DNA of 62,877 nucleotides, filler included, from an uncultured Synergistales bacterium (GTDB taxonomy: Bacteria > Synergistota > Synergistia > Synergistales > Aminobacteriaceae): NCBI GenBank assembly GCA_937897575.1. It is 5 parts of 5 records of this genome, joined end to end, with 100 filler letters (N's around TTAATTAATTAA, not from the genome) between each part and the next. Parts side by side here need not be neighbours in the genome. Positions count along the whole stretch, not along the records: positions 1 to 29,124 come from CALCQG010000015.1; 4 more parts are not named here. One strand, 5' to 3'. Under the pieces are notes generated by a model, which was not told the origin of the DNA, searched no databases, and worked only from the letters and a program-made list of their open reading frames with translations. Below, piece by piece: positions 8,871-18,469 of this stretch (position 1 is its first letter; every line of letters begins with the position of its first letter). Made by a program: the position numbers and the translations under genes.

Positions 8871-10025
8871 CTACAGGACTCCCAGGAGCACGGTCCCGTA
8901 GCTGCCCCGAGGCAGGAAGAAGCCGGCCCGCAGGGCGAAGCGCCCTTGGTACAGGGCGTCCTCCTCGCGGGCGACGGACAGGTCCTCGGGCACCACGAGG
9001 CAGGCCCTCGGGAAGGAGGCAAAATAGGCCTGGGGGATCTCCTTGAGGCGGAACTTGGAGAGCCGGACGCCCCGTTCGGCCAGGAGGCGCAAGAAGACCT
9101 CGCCCATGTCCTCCGGCAGCGCGGGCATATCGGGCGCCACGGTGGCGAGGGGCTCCGTGCGGAGCCTGAGGGCGAGCGTCTCGTCCAGGGAGCGGAACTG
9201 AAGGACCTCCCCCGTCCTCAGGCGCACGGGAAAGAGCGCTCCTTTTTGATCCGCGAGAAAGCGCGAGAGGGTTTCGTTCCAGAGGAAGCTGGAGTAGGCC
9301 GAGAAGTGCATACCCATCTCGTCCGCCGGGATGAGGGCCAGACAGGCGCGGAAGCCTGCCGCCCCCTTCGCCCGAAGGATCTCGGCCATTTTTTTGAGGT
9401 GCGGCTCGTCGCAGAGGGAGGCCACCTCGTCCCACCGGCCCCACCGCTCCGCCACAAGGCTCTTCCGTCTCTTGACCGCCACGGGGGCCTCGGGGTGGCA
9501 GGCGGAGAGGTACTTCCTCAGGGCCGGGCCGTAGAGCCGCTTCACGAGCATTTCAGCGAGAAATTCGCCCCCCTGCCCCACGGCTCCGAAGCGCTGGTCG
9601 CCGAAGTAGTTGATGAAGCCCCGATCCGCCGTCTCGAGGAGCCGGCGCTCCGCCGAAGCCGCCTCCCGTTTGCCCATGTTGCGGAGCACCACGTCGAAGC
9701 GGTTGCCCCGGAGGGACGGGTGCCCCAGGGGGGCGTCGCCGTACCCGGCGAAGGAGACGGAGAAGCCGTCGCCCGAACAGGTGAGGTCGAAGCGGGCGGG
9801 GACGGACAGGTACTGGGCCGTCCGGGCGTTTTTGTCCTTCTGTCCCGCGGCGCGGATCTCCCGCAGAGGGACCTTCGTCCTGTCCGCCAGGGCCTTCATG
9901 GCGTCCCTGGTGTTCCAGCCCCTCTTCTCGAGCAGAAACAGCCGGAAGGGCCCCTCCTGCGTCCGGGGGGGAGCCTGCAGCACCTCCCGCACCACGAAGT
10001 CCTCGGGCGTCTTCTTGATGATCAT
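8871..10025 (-). CDS. truD: tRNA pseudouridine(13) synthase TruD
   Basis: PEDFVVRE, AGQKDKNARTAQ, NYFGDQRFG and FFLPRGSYGT motifs. Confidence 0.9.
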   Translation of the reverse strand: MIIKKTPEDFVVREVLQAPPRTQEGPFRLFLLEKRGWNTRDAMKALADRTKVPLREIRAAGQKDKNARTAQYLSVPARFDLTCSGDGFSVSFAGYGDAPLGHPSLRGNRFDVVLRNMGKREAASAERRLLETADRGFINYFGDQRFGAVGQGGEFLAEMLVKRLYGPALRKYLSACHPEAPVAVKRRKSLVAERWGRWDEVASLCDEPHLKKMAEILRAKGAAGFRACLALIPADEMGMHFSAYSSFLWNETLSRFLADQKGALFPVRLRTGEVLQFRSLDETLALRLRTEPLATVAPDMPALPEDMGEVFLRLLAERGVRLSKFRLKEIPQAYFASFPRACLVVPEDLSVAREEDALYQGRFALRAGFFLPRGSYGTVLLGVL

Positions 10026-10030
10026 CGGTT

Positions 10031-11431
10031 CTATTCCCGGGCCGTCACGAGCGGTTCGCCCAGGATGGCCCGGGCCGCCACGACGCCGCTGGCCGCTGCC
10101 TGAATGATCCCCCGGCTCACGCCGGCCCCGTCGCCGGCCATATGGAGCCCGTCGATCACGGGCACCCGGAGCCCCTCGCCGAGCTTCAGACGCAGTGAGT
10201 AGAGCTTGATCTCCACGCCGTAGAGCAGCGTGTCGTTCTGGTTCACCCCGGGCATGATGGCGTTCAGGGCGTCCAGGAACTCCACGATGTCCGTGAGGTA
10301 CCGGTGGGGCAGAACGAGGCTCAGGTCGCCCGGCTCGGCCTTCGCCGTGGGGATGATCATGCCCCGTTCGATGCGGGACCAGGTGGACCGCCGTCCGTCC
10401 CGGAGATCTCCGAGGCGTTGAAGCAGGATGCCGCCCCCGGCGAGCATGTTGGCCAGCTTTGCGATGTGGGTTGCGTAGCCGATGGGGTCGGTGAATGGCT
10501 GGGTGAAGTTCTTCGTCACGAGGATGGCGAAGTTCGTGTTCTTCGACTTGACGGTCTTGAGGCTGTGCCCGTTCACCGTGACCAGGTCGTGGGCCTTGTT
10601 GTACTCGTGCACCACGAAACCCGACGGGTTCATGCAGAAGGTGCGGCACCGGTCGTCGAAGGTGGGCGTGTTGTAGAGGCACTTGACCTCGTAGAAGTGC
10701 TTCGTGAGATCTTCGCAGATGCTGTCCGGCACCTCCACGCGGATGCCTATGTCCACGGGCATGGAGGCGATGGGGATGTTCAGCTTCGTCACGAGGGTGT
10801 CGAGCCACGGCGCGCCCTCTCGTCCCGGGGCGACGATGACGTGCCCGGCGCGGAGGACGGCGCCGTCGGCCAATCGCACGCCGACAGCCCGGCCGTTCTC
10901 GATCACTAGGTCCTCCACGGTCGTGTTCATGCGGATGTCGCACTGCTGCTTGAGGTCCTCGTACATATTGTTGAGGACCTTGCGGGAGGCGTCGGTCCCG
11001 ATATGGCGGATGCGGGCGGGCAGTATCTTGAGCCCGACGCTCGCGGCCTTGCGGATGGTCGCCGAGGTCACGTCGCTTCCCGGTTCGTAGAACTTGGGGT
11101 CGGCGCCGTACTCCACGAACATGCGGTCCACCATCTCGATGAGTTCCTCGAGGGCGATTTCTCCTATGTTCTCCTCAAGGTTCCCCCCGAATCCGGTGGT
11201 CAGGGTCAGCTTTCCGTCCGAAGCCGATCCGGCGCCGCCCCACCCCGAGACCACGCTGCAGGAGTCGCAGTTTACGCAGACGGAGCTCCGTCCGTTGGTG
11301 ATGGGGCACTGCCGCTCTTCGACGAGCTTGCCTTTGTCGGCTATGAGGACTGACTTTCCATGCCGGACGAGCTCCATGGCCGCGAATATCCCGGCCGGGC
11401 CCGCCCCCACTATGATGACGTCGTAGACCAT
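10031..11431 (-). CDS. NAD(P)/FAD-dependent oxidoreductase (uncharacterised FAD-dependent dehydrogenase family)
   Basis: VGAGPAG, Cys cluster (CP..CVNCDSC), RTFCMNP and GDGAGVSRG motifs. Confidence 0.85.
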   Translation of the reverse strand: MVYDVIIVGAGPAGIFAAMELVRHGKSVLIADKGKLVEERQCPITNGRSSVCVNCDSCSVVSGWGGAGSASDGKLTLTTGFGGNLEENIGEIALEELIEMVDRMFVEYGADPKFYEPGSDVTSATIRKAASVGLKILPARIRHIGTDASRKVLNNMYEDLKQQCDIRMNTTVEDLVIENGRAVGVRLADGAVLRAGHVIVAPGREGAPWLDTLVTKLNIPIASMPVDIGIRVEVPDSICEDLTKHFYEVKCLYNTPTFDDRCRTFCMNPSGFVVHEYNKAHDLVTVNGHSLKTVKSKNTNFAILVTKNFTQPFTDPIGYATHIAKLANMLAGGGILLQRLGDLRDGRRSTWSRIERGMIIPTAKAEPGDLSLVLPHRYLTDIVEFLDALNAIMPGVNQNDTLLYGVEIKLYSLRLKLGEGLRVPVIDGLHMAGDGAGVSRGIIQAAASGVVAARAILGEPLVTARE

Positions 11432-11449
11432 GGATGCCCTGTGCGCCGA

Positions 11450-13183
11450 CTAGGACATGAGCGGGGACAGGACGACCTTGTTTCCTCCTGCCCGCTTCGC
11501 CTCGGCGAGGACGTCCTCCGTCTTCTGCACGAACTCCTCGTCCGTCATGCCCTTCCGGAACTCGCAGACGCCGAAGCTGCACGTGACGATCCGGTCGGGG
11601 ATGAACTGGTAGTGGCGGATCATGTCGCGGATCTTGTCCGCCGTCTGATGGGCGAGGTATCCGCTCATGGGCGTGAGGATGGCGAACTGGTCCTCCCCCC
11701 ACCGCCCGAGGAAGTCCGTGGACCGGACGCGGCTCTTGACGGTGGCGCGGAGCTCCTTGAGCATCTTCTCCGCCACCTCCTGCCCGAGGGCCTCCTTCAT
11801 GGACTTGAAGCGGTCCACGTCGAGGAGGATGAGGGCCAGGCTGCCGCGGTAGCGGCGCGCGCGCTCCGTCTCGGTGGCGATGATCTGCTCGAAGCCCTTG
11901 CGGCTCGGGATGCCGAGCAGCGGGTCCGTGTCCGCGCCCCGCCGGTCCTCCCCGGCGGCGTTCCTCTTCTGGGCGGCGTCCTGAAGGACGACGACGATCC
12001 CTCTGCCGGCCGCCATGTCGACGCACCCCGTAGTCACGGTGAAGCTCTCCTCCCCGGCCTTCACGGCGAAGTCCCGGAGGATGCCCTCGGCCTGCGTCGT
12101 CGACACCACGTTCGCCCACTCCTCGCTCAGGGCGGGCAGGAGCTCGTCGGCGCGCTTGCCCGTCACGTCGTCCCGGGAGCTGCCTATGCGGGTGAGGAAG
12201 GGGCCGTTGCACTCGAGGAGCACGCCTCGGTCCGCGGCGAAGACGGCCATGGGCTGGGGCACGACGGCGATCAGGCGGCGGATGGCCTCCTCGCCCGATC
12301 GGATGGCTCTTTCAAGGCGTCGCTCCTCCGTCTTGTCCGAGAGGGCGAGGGTCGCCCCCGTCACGGCGCCCGCGCCGTCATAGAGGGGCGAGAGGGCCAT
12401 GGAGAAGAAACGCCCCTTGGCCTCGTGGCCCACCTCGGTGCGTTCGCCGGCGAGGGCCTTCTCCACGGCGAACCGGAAGGCGTCGCTCCGCACGTCGTCC
12501 GGGAAGAGGACAGACAGGGGCACGCCCCGCTCGGGGATCTTGCCCCAGATGTCCGCCGCGAGGCTCCGGAAGCCGTCCGTCATCTCCATGGGCGTGCCCT
12601 TGTCGTCCAGCACGCACAGAAGGACATCCCGCTGATCCTCCAGCGTGAAGCCGTCGCAGGCCTGTTTCACGACGGCCGTGCTGCAGGGGGCGGTGATCTC
12701 GTAGCCCACGCCGAGGAGGGCCGGCTCGCCCTGATACTCAGTGGGCGTCACGGCGAAGTCGAGCCACTTCTGAAGGCCGTCCACGGACACGACGGGGAAG
12801 CTCAGCCTGTTGTTCCACATGGGGGCGTCCTCTTCGGGGGCGAGAAACCGCTCTACGCTGTCGCAGTACCCGGGCGCCACGTAGTCCAGAAGATCGAACT
12901 TCGGCTTTTCACGAAGGGAGAACCCGAAGAGCTCCTCGCCCTTCCTGTTCAGATACTTCACCCGGCCGTCGCAGAGGATCATGAGGACGAGAAAGGGGAC
13001 GTCCACGAGGGCAAGGTACCGGCGTTCCATATCCCGGAGGGCCGTCTTCTCCCGTTTCCACCGGGCGGCGTCCTTCTCGAGACGAATCGTCTGCTGGATG
13101 AGCGCCTCCTTCTCGGGATCGGCGGCGAACTCCACGTCCTGCCCCTCTCCGTCCATGGGGGGGATCACATACTCGTCGTTCAT
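11450..13183 (-). CDS. Multi-PAS protein with a degenerate GGDEF domain
   Basis: PAS-like repeats; C-terminal ILLDVDRFK and RSTDFLGRWGEDQF. Confidence 0.85.
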   Translation of the reverse strand: MNDEYVIPPMDGEGQDVEFAADPEKEALIQQTIRLEKDAARWKREKTALRDMERRYLALVDVPFLVLMILCDGRVKYLNRKGEELFGFSLREKPKFDLLDYVAPGYCDSVERFLAPEEDAPMWNNRLSFPVVSVDGLQKWLDFAVTPTEYQGEPALLGVGYEITAPCSTAVVKQACDGFTLEDQRDVLLCVLDDKGTPMEMTDGFRSLAADIWGKIPERGVPLSVLFPDDVRSDAFRFAVEKALAGERTEVGHEAKGRFFSMALSPLYDGAGAVTGATLALSDKTEERRLERAIRSGEEAIRRLIAVVPQPMAVFAADRGVLLECNGPFLTRIGSSRDDVTGKRADELLPALSEEWANVVSTTQAEGILRDFAVKAGEESFTVTTGCVDMAAGRGIVVVLQDAAQKRNAAGEDRRGADTDPLLGIPSRKGFEQIIATETERARRYRGSLALILLDVDRFKSMKEALGQEVAEKMLKELRATVKSRVRSTDFLGRWGEDQFAILTPMSGYLAHQTADKIRDMIRHYQFIPDRIVTCSFGVCEFRKGMTDEEFVQKTEDVLAEAKRAGGNKVVLSPLMS

Positions 13184-13215
13184 GATGTATTGTCCCTTCC
13201 TTCTCTGAGAAGATG

Positions 13216-13737
13216 CTACTTCTTGGTGTGCAGCTGGAAAAAACCTCCCGTGATGCCCTTCACCTCGCTGATGCAGATGAAGGCCTTGTTCTCCACGTGG
13301 GAGGTGATCACCGGAATATCGCTCCTCCGGCAGATGATCTTCACCACGTACCGGATGCCGTCCCTGCCTCTGCCGTGCAGCACCGTGGCGCCGTAGCCGT
13401 CGCTCCGGATCCGGTCGATCATCGCCTTGGTCTCAGCGTTCCGCTCCATGATGAGGTCCAGAAGAACATAGGCGTTCATGAGGCGCTCCTCGAGGAGGGA
13501 GCCGACGTACGTCCCCATGGAGAACCCTCCGCAGTAGAAGACGAGCTGGATGAAGCTCATCTCTCGACCGCCGCCCATGACGCGGCCGAGGACGACGATG
13601 TAGATCATGATCTCGAAGAAACCGATGCAGGCCGCTATAACCCGCCGGCCCCGGACGAGAAAGAGGATGCGGGTGGTGCTGCAGCTCACATCGACGATGC
13701 GGGCGAAAAATATGAGGAGCAGGCCCACTATATCCAT
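13216..13737 (-). CDS. DUF2179/DUF5698 (UPF0316, YebE-like) membrane protein
   Basis: IFFARIVDVS..TTR, GFFE, GYGATVLHGRG motifs. Confidence 0.8.
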   Translation of the reverse strand: MDIVGLLLIFFARIVDVSCSTTRILFLVRGRRVIAACIGFFEIMIYIVVLGRVMGGGREMSFIQLVFYCGGFSMGTYVGSLLEERLMNAYVLLDLIMERNAETKAMIDRIRSDGYGATVLHGRGRDGIRYVVKIICRRSDIPVITSHVENKAFICISEVKGITGGFFQLHTKK

Positions 13738-13817
13738 GGGGCACGGTTCCCGGGATGATCGACGGATGACACGGTAATTCCTCCTTTTCCTCGGGTATAT
13801 CCTACCATAGAGCGACG

Positions 13818-13847
13818 AAAAAGGGAGGTCCGGCTCCCGGACCTCCC
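13818..13847 (-). terminator. Intrinsic terminator of the PPIase gene
   Basis: 11-bp stem GGGAGGTCCGG/CCGGACCTCCC followed by T5 on the minus strand. Confidence 0.8.
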
Positions 13848-13877
13848 CGTCGCATCCCCTTCGAATACTTGCAATCT

Positions 13878-14843
13878 CTACTTCGCCGCCGGCTCCTTCT
13901 TCTCGGGCTGGACGTCGCCCGAGGCGGGTTTGGCGTCGGCCGCGGGTTCGGGCTTCTTCTCCTCCACGATCTCCACCTTGTACTTCTCCCGGAGCTTGGC
14001 CAGCTCATCCTGGTAGAGCTTGCCCTGTTTCTCGGTGAGGACCGTCTCCTTTATCTGATCCTTCACCTCGTCCAAGGAGCGCACGGAGGCCTCCTTCTTC
14101 TCGACGACCTTGATGAGGTGCAGGCCGAACTGTGTCTTCACGGGCTCCGTGGACGTCTCGCCGGGCTTCATGGCGAAGGCAGCCTGCTCAAACTCGGCGA
14201 CCATCTGTCCCTTGGAGAAGTACCCGAGGTCGCCGCCCTTCTCCTTGGACGGGCAGGTGGAGTATTTCTTCGCCGCGTCCTCGAAGGACATGCCGCCCTT
14301 CAGCTCGTCCTGGACCTTCTTCATCTCCACATCATCGCTCACGAGGATATGGCTGGCCCGGACAGACTCGGGCGTCGTGAAGCGGTCCTTGTTCTTGTCG
14401 TAGTACTCCTTGACCTCCTGGTCGGTCACCGTCACGTCCTTGAGCGTCTTGTCCACGGCGAACCGGCGGAGCAGCTCCTTCCGGATGCCCTCCATGCTCT
14501 TGACGAAGTCGGGGTCCTTCTCGACCCCCAGCTCCTCGCCGCGACGCGCGAAGACCTCGAGGCTGATCATCTCTTCAAGGACGGCGCGGTAGCCCATCTC
14601 GTTGTCGTACATGGCGGCCCTTTGGGGGTCGAGCTGGGCGATGATCTCCCGGACATCCTTCAGTTTGATCTCCGTGCCGTCGACCTTCGCCATGACCTTC
14701 TCGCCATCCTGGACCTGCTTCTGGGCCGCTTCGGGCGTCACGTCCTTCGACGCGGGGGCCTTCGTCTCGGCCACCCCGGCGGCCGCGGCGGCCAAGAGAA
14801 GGATTGCAACCAGTGCTCCTGTTGATTTCTGTAGACGGGTCAT
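13878..14843 (-). CDS. Exported parvulin-type peptidyl-prolyl isomerase (PrsA/SurA-like)
   Basis: Signal peptide; VRASHILV, GGDLGYF and TQFGLHLIKV motifs. Confidence 0.9.
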   Translation of the reverse strand: MTRLQKSTGALVAILLLAAAAAGVAETKAPASKDVTPEAAQKQVQDGEKVMAKVDGTEIKLKDVREIIAQLDPQRAAMYDNEMGYRAVLEEMISLEVFARRGEELGVEKDPDFVKSMEGIRKELLRRFAVDKTLKDVTVTDQEVKEYYDKNKDRFTTPESVRASHILVSDDVEMKKVQDELKGGMSFEDAAKKYSTCPSKEKGGDLGYFSKGQMVAEFEQAAFAMKPGETSTEPVKTQFGLHLIKVVEKKEASVRSLDEVKDQIKETVLTEKQGKLYQDELAKLREKYKVEIVEEKKPEPAADAKPASGDVQPEKKEPAAK

Positions 14844-14976
14844 CTCATAACGTCCTCCCTGAGTGAATTTCGCAAAACGAAAAGAGTGTACCACACCTTT
14901 CCGGGAAAAAATCGCGGGAAATGCCTATTGTGCACTTTGAGTCCCTGTTCCCGCGAAGAAGGGCCCCCCATCGGGG

Positions 14977-15804
14977 TCAGCTTCGCCGGAGGCGCGAGAA
15001 CTCCCCCTCTCCGAGGTCGAGCCAGAGCATCTCGCCCCGCAGGAGCCGCCCCGTGTCGGTGAGGAGCTTGATCGTCTCGGCGCACTGAAGGGCCGCCACG
15101 GCCGCCGGGGTGAAGGGCGGCGTGCCCGCCTCCTCCTCGACGCCCGAGTCCGTCGTCCCGGCGTAGAAGTGCGCTCCGTCGGGGTCGTCGGGGGAGAAGA
15201 CCGTCACCTGCCCCCAGAAACCCGCCACGGCCCCCGAGATCACCGGGATGCCCCGCTCGGCGCACTCCGCCAACAGGGTCCTCCTGGACGGAAGGTTGTC
15301 CAAGCAGTCCTCCGCGGCGTCCACCTCGTAGAGCACGCTCTCGGCGGTGAAGGGGTCGAAGCGGCACTGCCGCTCCTCGGCCTCCACAGCTCCGTTGATC
15401 TCGACGACCCGGCGGGCGGCGGCCTTGGCCTTGGAGATTCCGATGGTGTCCTCGGTGGAGAGGACCTGACGGTTCAGGTTGCTGTCGTCGAAGACGTCGC
15501 TGTCCACCAGGACGAGCCGTCCGACGCCGGCGCGGGCGAGCAGTTCGGCGACGAGCCCGCCCAGGCCGCCGCATCCGACGACGGCGACGGAGGACCGGAG
15601 CAGGCGGATCTGTCCTGCAAGGCCGATGGTCCCCACGGTGCGGATGTATCGCGACGGGACGTACCCCATCTCCAGGCAGCGGATCTCCGCCTCGGCGGCC
15701 GACAGCCCCTCCTCGGCGGCGGCTCTCCGGAGCGTGCGAAAGGGGATCACGGACCACCCGCCCCTCGTCTCCGCCTTGGCGGCGACCGTCTCGAACCAGC
15801 CCAT
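14977..15804 (-). CDS. ThiF/MoeB/HesA family adenylyltransferase (E1-like)
   Basis: VGCGGLGG, DSDVFDDSNLNRQ and DCLDN motifs; SD GGAGGTG. Confidence 0.9.
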   Translation of the reverse strand: MGWFETVAAKAETRGGWSVIPFRTLRRAAAEEGLSAAEAEIRCLEMGYVPSRYIRTVGTIGLAGQIRLLRSSVAVVGCGGLGGLVAELLARAGVGRLVLVDSDVFDDSNLNRQVLSTEDTIGISKAKAAARRVVEINGAVEAEERQCRFDPFTAESVLYEVDAAEDCLDNLPSRRTLLAECAERGIPVISGAVAGFWGQVTVFSPDDPDGAHFYAGTTDSGVEEEAGTPPFTPAAVAALQCAETIKLLTDTGRLLRGEMLWLDLGEGEFSRLRRS

Positions 15805-15889
15805 GGCATCACCTCCATCGTACAAATTATACATGGTGCGGCGAGGGTGTGCCGTGGCGCGAAGGGAGAAATTGGGCTAGTATTGGGTC

Positions 15890-16168
15890 ATGATATCCGT
15901 TCTGTTTTTCGCGACCATCCGGGACTTCACGAAGGAGAGGGAGACGACCGTCCAGGACGAGCGGTCCCTCGGCGACCTTCTGTCCCGTCTCTGCGAGCGC
16001 TATGGCGATGAATTCCGGCGCGAGCTCCTTGACGAGACGGGGACGGCGCTGTCAGACCGTGTGATCGTGCTCGTCAACGGACGACACACGGCGAACACCG
16101 GAGGGCTCGAAACACCCCTCCGGGACGGAGACACCGTTGCCGTCTTCCCCATCATCGGCGGAGGGTAG
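15890..16168 (+). CDS. MoaD/ThiS family ubiquitin-like sulfur carrier
   Basis: 92 aa; FFATIR, LVNG and C-terminal FPIIGGG. Confidence 0.9.
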   Translation: MISVLFFATIRDFTKERETTVQDERSLGDLLSRLCERYGDEFRRELLDETGTALSDRVIVLVNGRHTANTGGLETPLRDGDTVAVFPIIGGG

Positions 16169-16206
16169 GCGCCCCGCCCATCTCAACGAAAAGGAGTCTG
16201 AACCCA

Positions 16207-18156
16207 GTGAAACGACCGGTAGCCCTCGACGATCTGATGAAGTACCGCTACCTCTCCGCCCCCGCGTTCTCCCCCGACGGGAGGTCCATCGCCTTCCTCG
16301 TCCACCAGGGGAACCTGGAGGAGAACGCCTATCGGACAGACATCTGGCTCGCCGCGCAGGACGGCGGATCGCTCCGGCAGCTCACCGCCTCGGGGAAGGA
16401 GAAGGCGTTCTGCTGGCTGCCCGATGGCCGCATTCTCTTCTCCAGCGGCCGGGGCGAGACGAAGGGGTCGGGGACGAACCTGTACGTCCTGGACATCTCG
16501 GGCGGCGAGTCCCTCCCCTACTGCACTCTCCCCCGCTCCGCCTCGGCCTTCACGGCCCTGGCCGACGGGCGTTTCCTGGCTCTGGGCGTGCACGAACCCC
16601 CTGTGGACAACCCCTACGAGGCGGACATGTATCTCTTCGACCAGATCCCTTTCTCCACCAACGGGAAGGGCTTCACGGCGCAGAAGAGGACCGGGCTGTT
16701 CCTGTGCACTCCGGAAGGGGACGAACAGCTGCTCTCCCCCGAAGACATGGACGTGTCGAACTACACCCTCTCCGACGACGGAGCGAGCGTCCTCGTCTGG
16801 GGGCCGGTCTTCCGGGACGTGAAGAGGCGGTTCAACACCCTTCTCGAGATGGGGCTCGACGGCGCTCCGGCACAGACCATCCTTCCGGGCAAGGACTTCA
16901 CCTGCCGGTGGGCGGGGTGGCTCGGCGGCGAAGTCCTCGTCACGGGCACGGACATGAAGCGGAAGGGCGTCTGCGAGGACATGAAGTTCCACATCCTCCG
17001 GGACACCGGGCGACGCTGTATCACGCCGGACTTCGACCGGGGGCTCCGCAACACCGTCATGTCCGACTGCCGCTTCGGCAATGCGAGTCCCGACATGGGC
17101 TTTCGGACCGATGGGGAGCGAGCCTTCTTCGTGGCCACCGACGGCTTCCGGTCCTCGCTCTATACCGTCACGACGGACGGACGGATCGAACGGTTCACCA
17201 GGACGCTCTCGACGGTGGACGACTGGACCGTCGGCCAAGGCCGGGCGGCCGTGGTGGGGATGCAGGGCCTTCAGCTTCAGGAGCTCTACCTCGTGGATGA
17301 GGAGGGCGAGCGGCGGCTCACCCACTTCAACGACTGGCTCTCCGAGGAGTGTCTTCTCGCCCGTCCCGAGCACGTCGTCGTCCAAAACGGCACGGACCTT
17401 CCCGTGGACGGGTGGTTCATGCGGCCCATCGGCCTGCAGGAGGGAGAGCGGGCCCCGACGATCCTGAACGTCCACGGCGGGCCGAAGTTCGCCTACGGCA
17501 ACGTCTTCTTCCACGAGATGCAGTACTGGGCCGCCCAGGGGTACGCCGTCCTCTTCTGCAACCCGAGGGGCAGCGACGGACGGGGCAGCGTCTTCGACGA
17601 CGTCCGGGGCAAGTACGGCACCGTGGACTACGACGACCTCATGGCCTTCGTCGACCTGGCCGTCTCCCTGCCCTTCGTGGACAAGGACAGGATGGGCGTC
17701 ACCGGGGGCTCCTACGGCGGCTTCATGACGAACTGGATCGTCGGTCACACGGACCGCTTCAAGGCGGCCGTCTCCCAGCGGGGCATCGCCAACTGGGGCT
17801 CCATGTCCTGCATCTCCGACATCGGGTACACCTTCGTGCCCGACCAGAACGGCACGGACATCTGGACGGACCCCGAGGAGGTATGGCGCCAGTCGCCCCT
17901 CCGGTACGCCCCCAAGGTCACGACACCCACCCTCCTGATCCACTCCGACGAGGACCACCGGTGCGAGGTCTCCCAGGCCTACCAGTTCTTCACCGCCCTC
18001 AAGCTCCACGGCGTGGAGACCGCCCTCTGCGTCTTCAAGGGCGAGAACCACGAGCTCAGCCGGACCGGACGCCCCCGGCCCCGGCTCACCCGGCTCAGGA
18101 AGATCACCGACTGGTTCGACCGCTTTCTGAAGGGGGAGGACCTGCCGGAGAAGTAA
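16207..18156 (+). CDS. S9 family peptidase (acylaminoacyl/dipeptidyl aminopeptidase)
   Basis: N-terminal propeller repeats; HGGP, GGSYGG nucleophile, DHRC and ENHEL catalytic motifs. Confidence 0.93.
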   Translation: MKRPVALDDLMKYRYLSAPAFSPDGRSIAFLVHQGNLEENAYRTDIWLAAQDGGSLRQLTASGKEKAFCWLPDGRILFSSGRGETKGSGTNLYVLDISGGESLPYCTLPRSASAFTALADGRFLALGVHEPPVDNPYEADMYLFDQIPFSTNGKGFTAQKRTGLFLCTPEGDEQLLSPEDMDVSNYTLSDDGASVLVWGPVFRDVKRRFNTLLEMGLDGAPAQTILPGKDFTCRWAGWLGGEVLVTGTDMKRKGVCEDMKFHILRDTGRRCITPDFDRGLRNTVMSDCRFGNASPDMGFRTDGERAFFVATDGFRSSLYTVTTDGRIERFTRTLSTVDDWTVGQGRAAVVGMQGLQLQELYLVDEEGERRLTHFNDWLSEECLLARPEHVVVQNGTDLPVDGWFMRPIGLQEGERAPTILNVHGGPKFAYGNVFFHEMQYWAAQGYAVLFCNPRGSDGRGSVFDDVRGKYGTVDYDDLMAFVDLAVSLPFVDKDRMGVTGGSYGGFMTNWIVGHTDRFKAAVSQRGIANWGSMSCISDIGYTFVPDQNGTDIWTDPEEVWRQSPLRYAPKVTTPTLLIHSDEDHRCEVSQAYQFFTALKLHGVETALCVFKGENHELSRTGRPRPRLTRLRKITDWFDRFLKGEDLPEK

Positions 18157-18369
18157 CGCCCTCCCGGCGCACCGGAGAACAATATCCGGCCCGGACAGCG
18201 TCGGACGGATGAAGACCGGGATGATGGGGGCACGGTCCCTGTTGACGTCGGACGGTACAGCACCGTGCCCCCATCGTCCCTTCCCCGGCGTGTTCGAGGT
18301 GAGCGCCGCACTCCGCGCCGCGGTGTTTTTTACCCGACCCGGCAGAACATAGAGCAAGGGCAGAAAGCA

Positions 18370-18378
18370 TGATATAAT
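18370..18378 (+). promoter_or_regulatory. Extended -10 promoter TGaTATAAT for the LacI operon
   Basis: Consensus TGnTATAAT in an AT-rich island. Confidence 0.65.
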
Positions 18379-18392
18379 AAGTTTAAAATATT

Positions 18393-18408
18393 ATGTTAAC
18401 GTTAACAT
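18393..18408. promoter_or_regulatory. LacI-family operator palindrome ATGTTAACGTTAACAT
   Basis: Perfect 16-bp palindrome with central CG, just downstream of the -10 box and upstream of a LacI gene. Confidence 0.75.
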
Positions 18409-18469
18409 GGAAGATGCTGTTCTTCTGAGGCGCGGAGACCATCCTCTGCAGCAAAGGTGGGAGGAAGCC

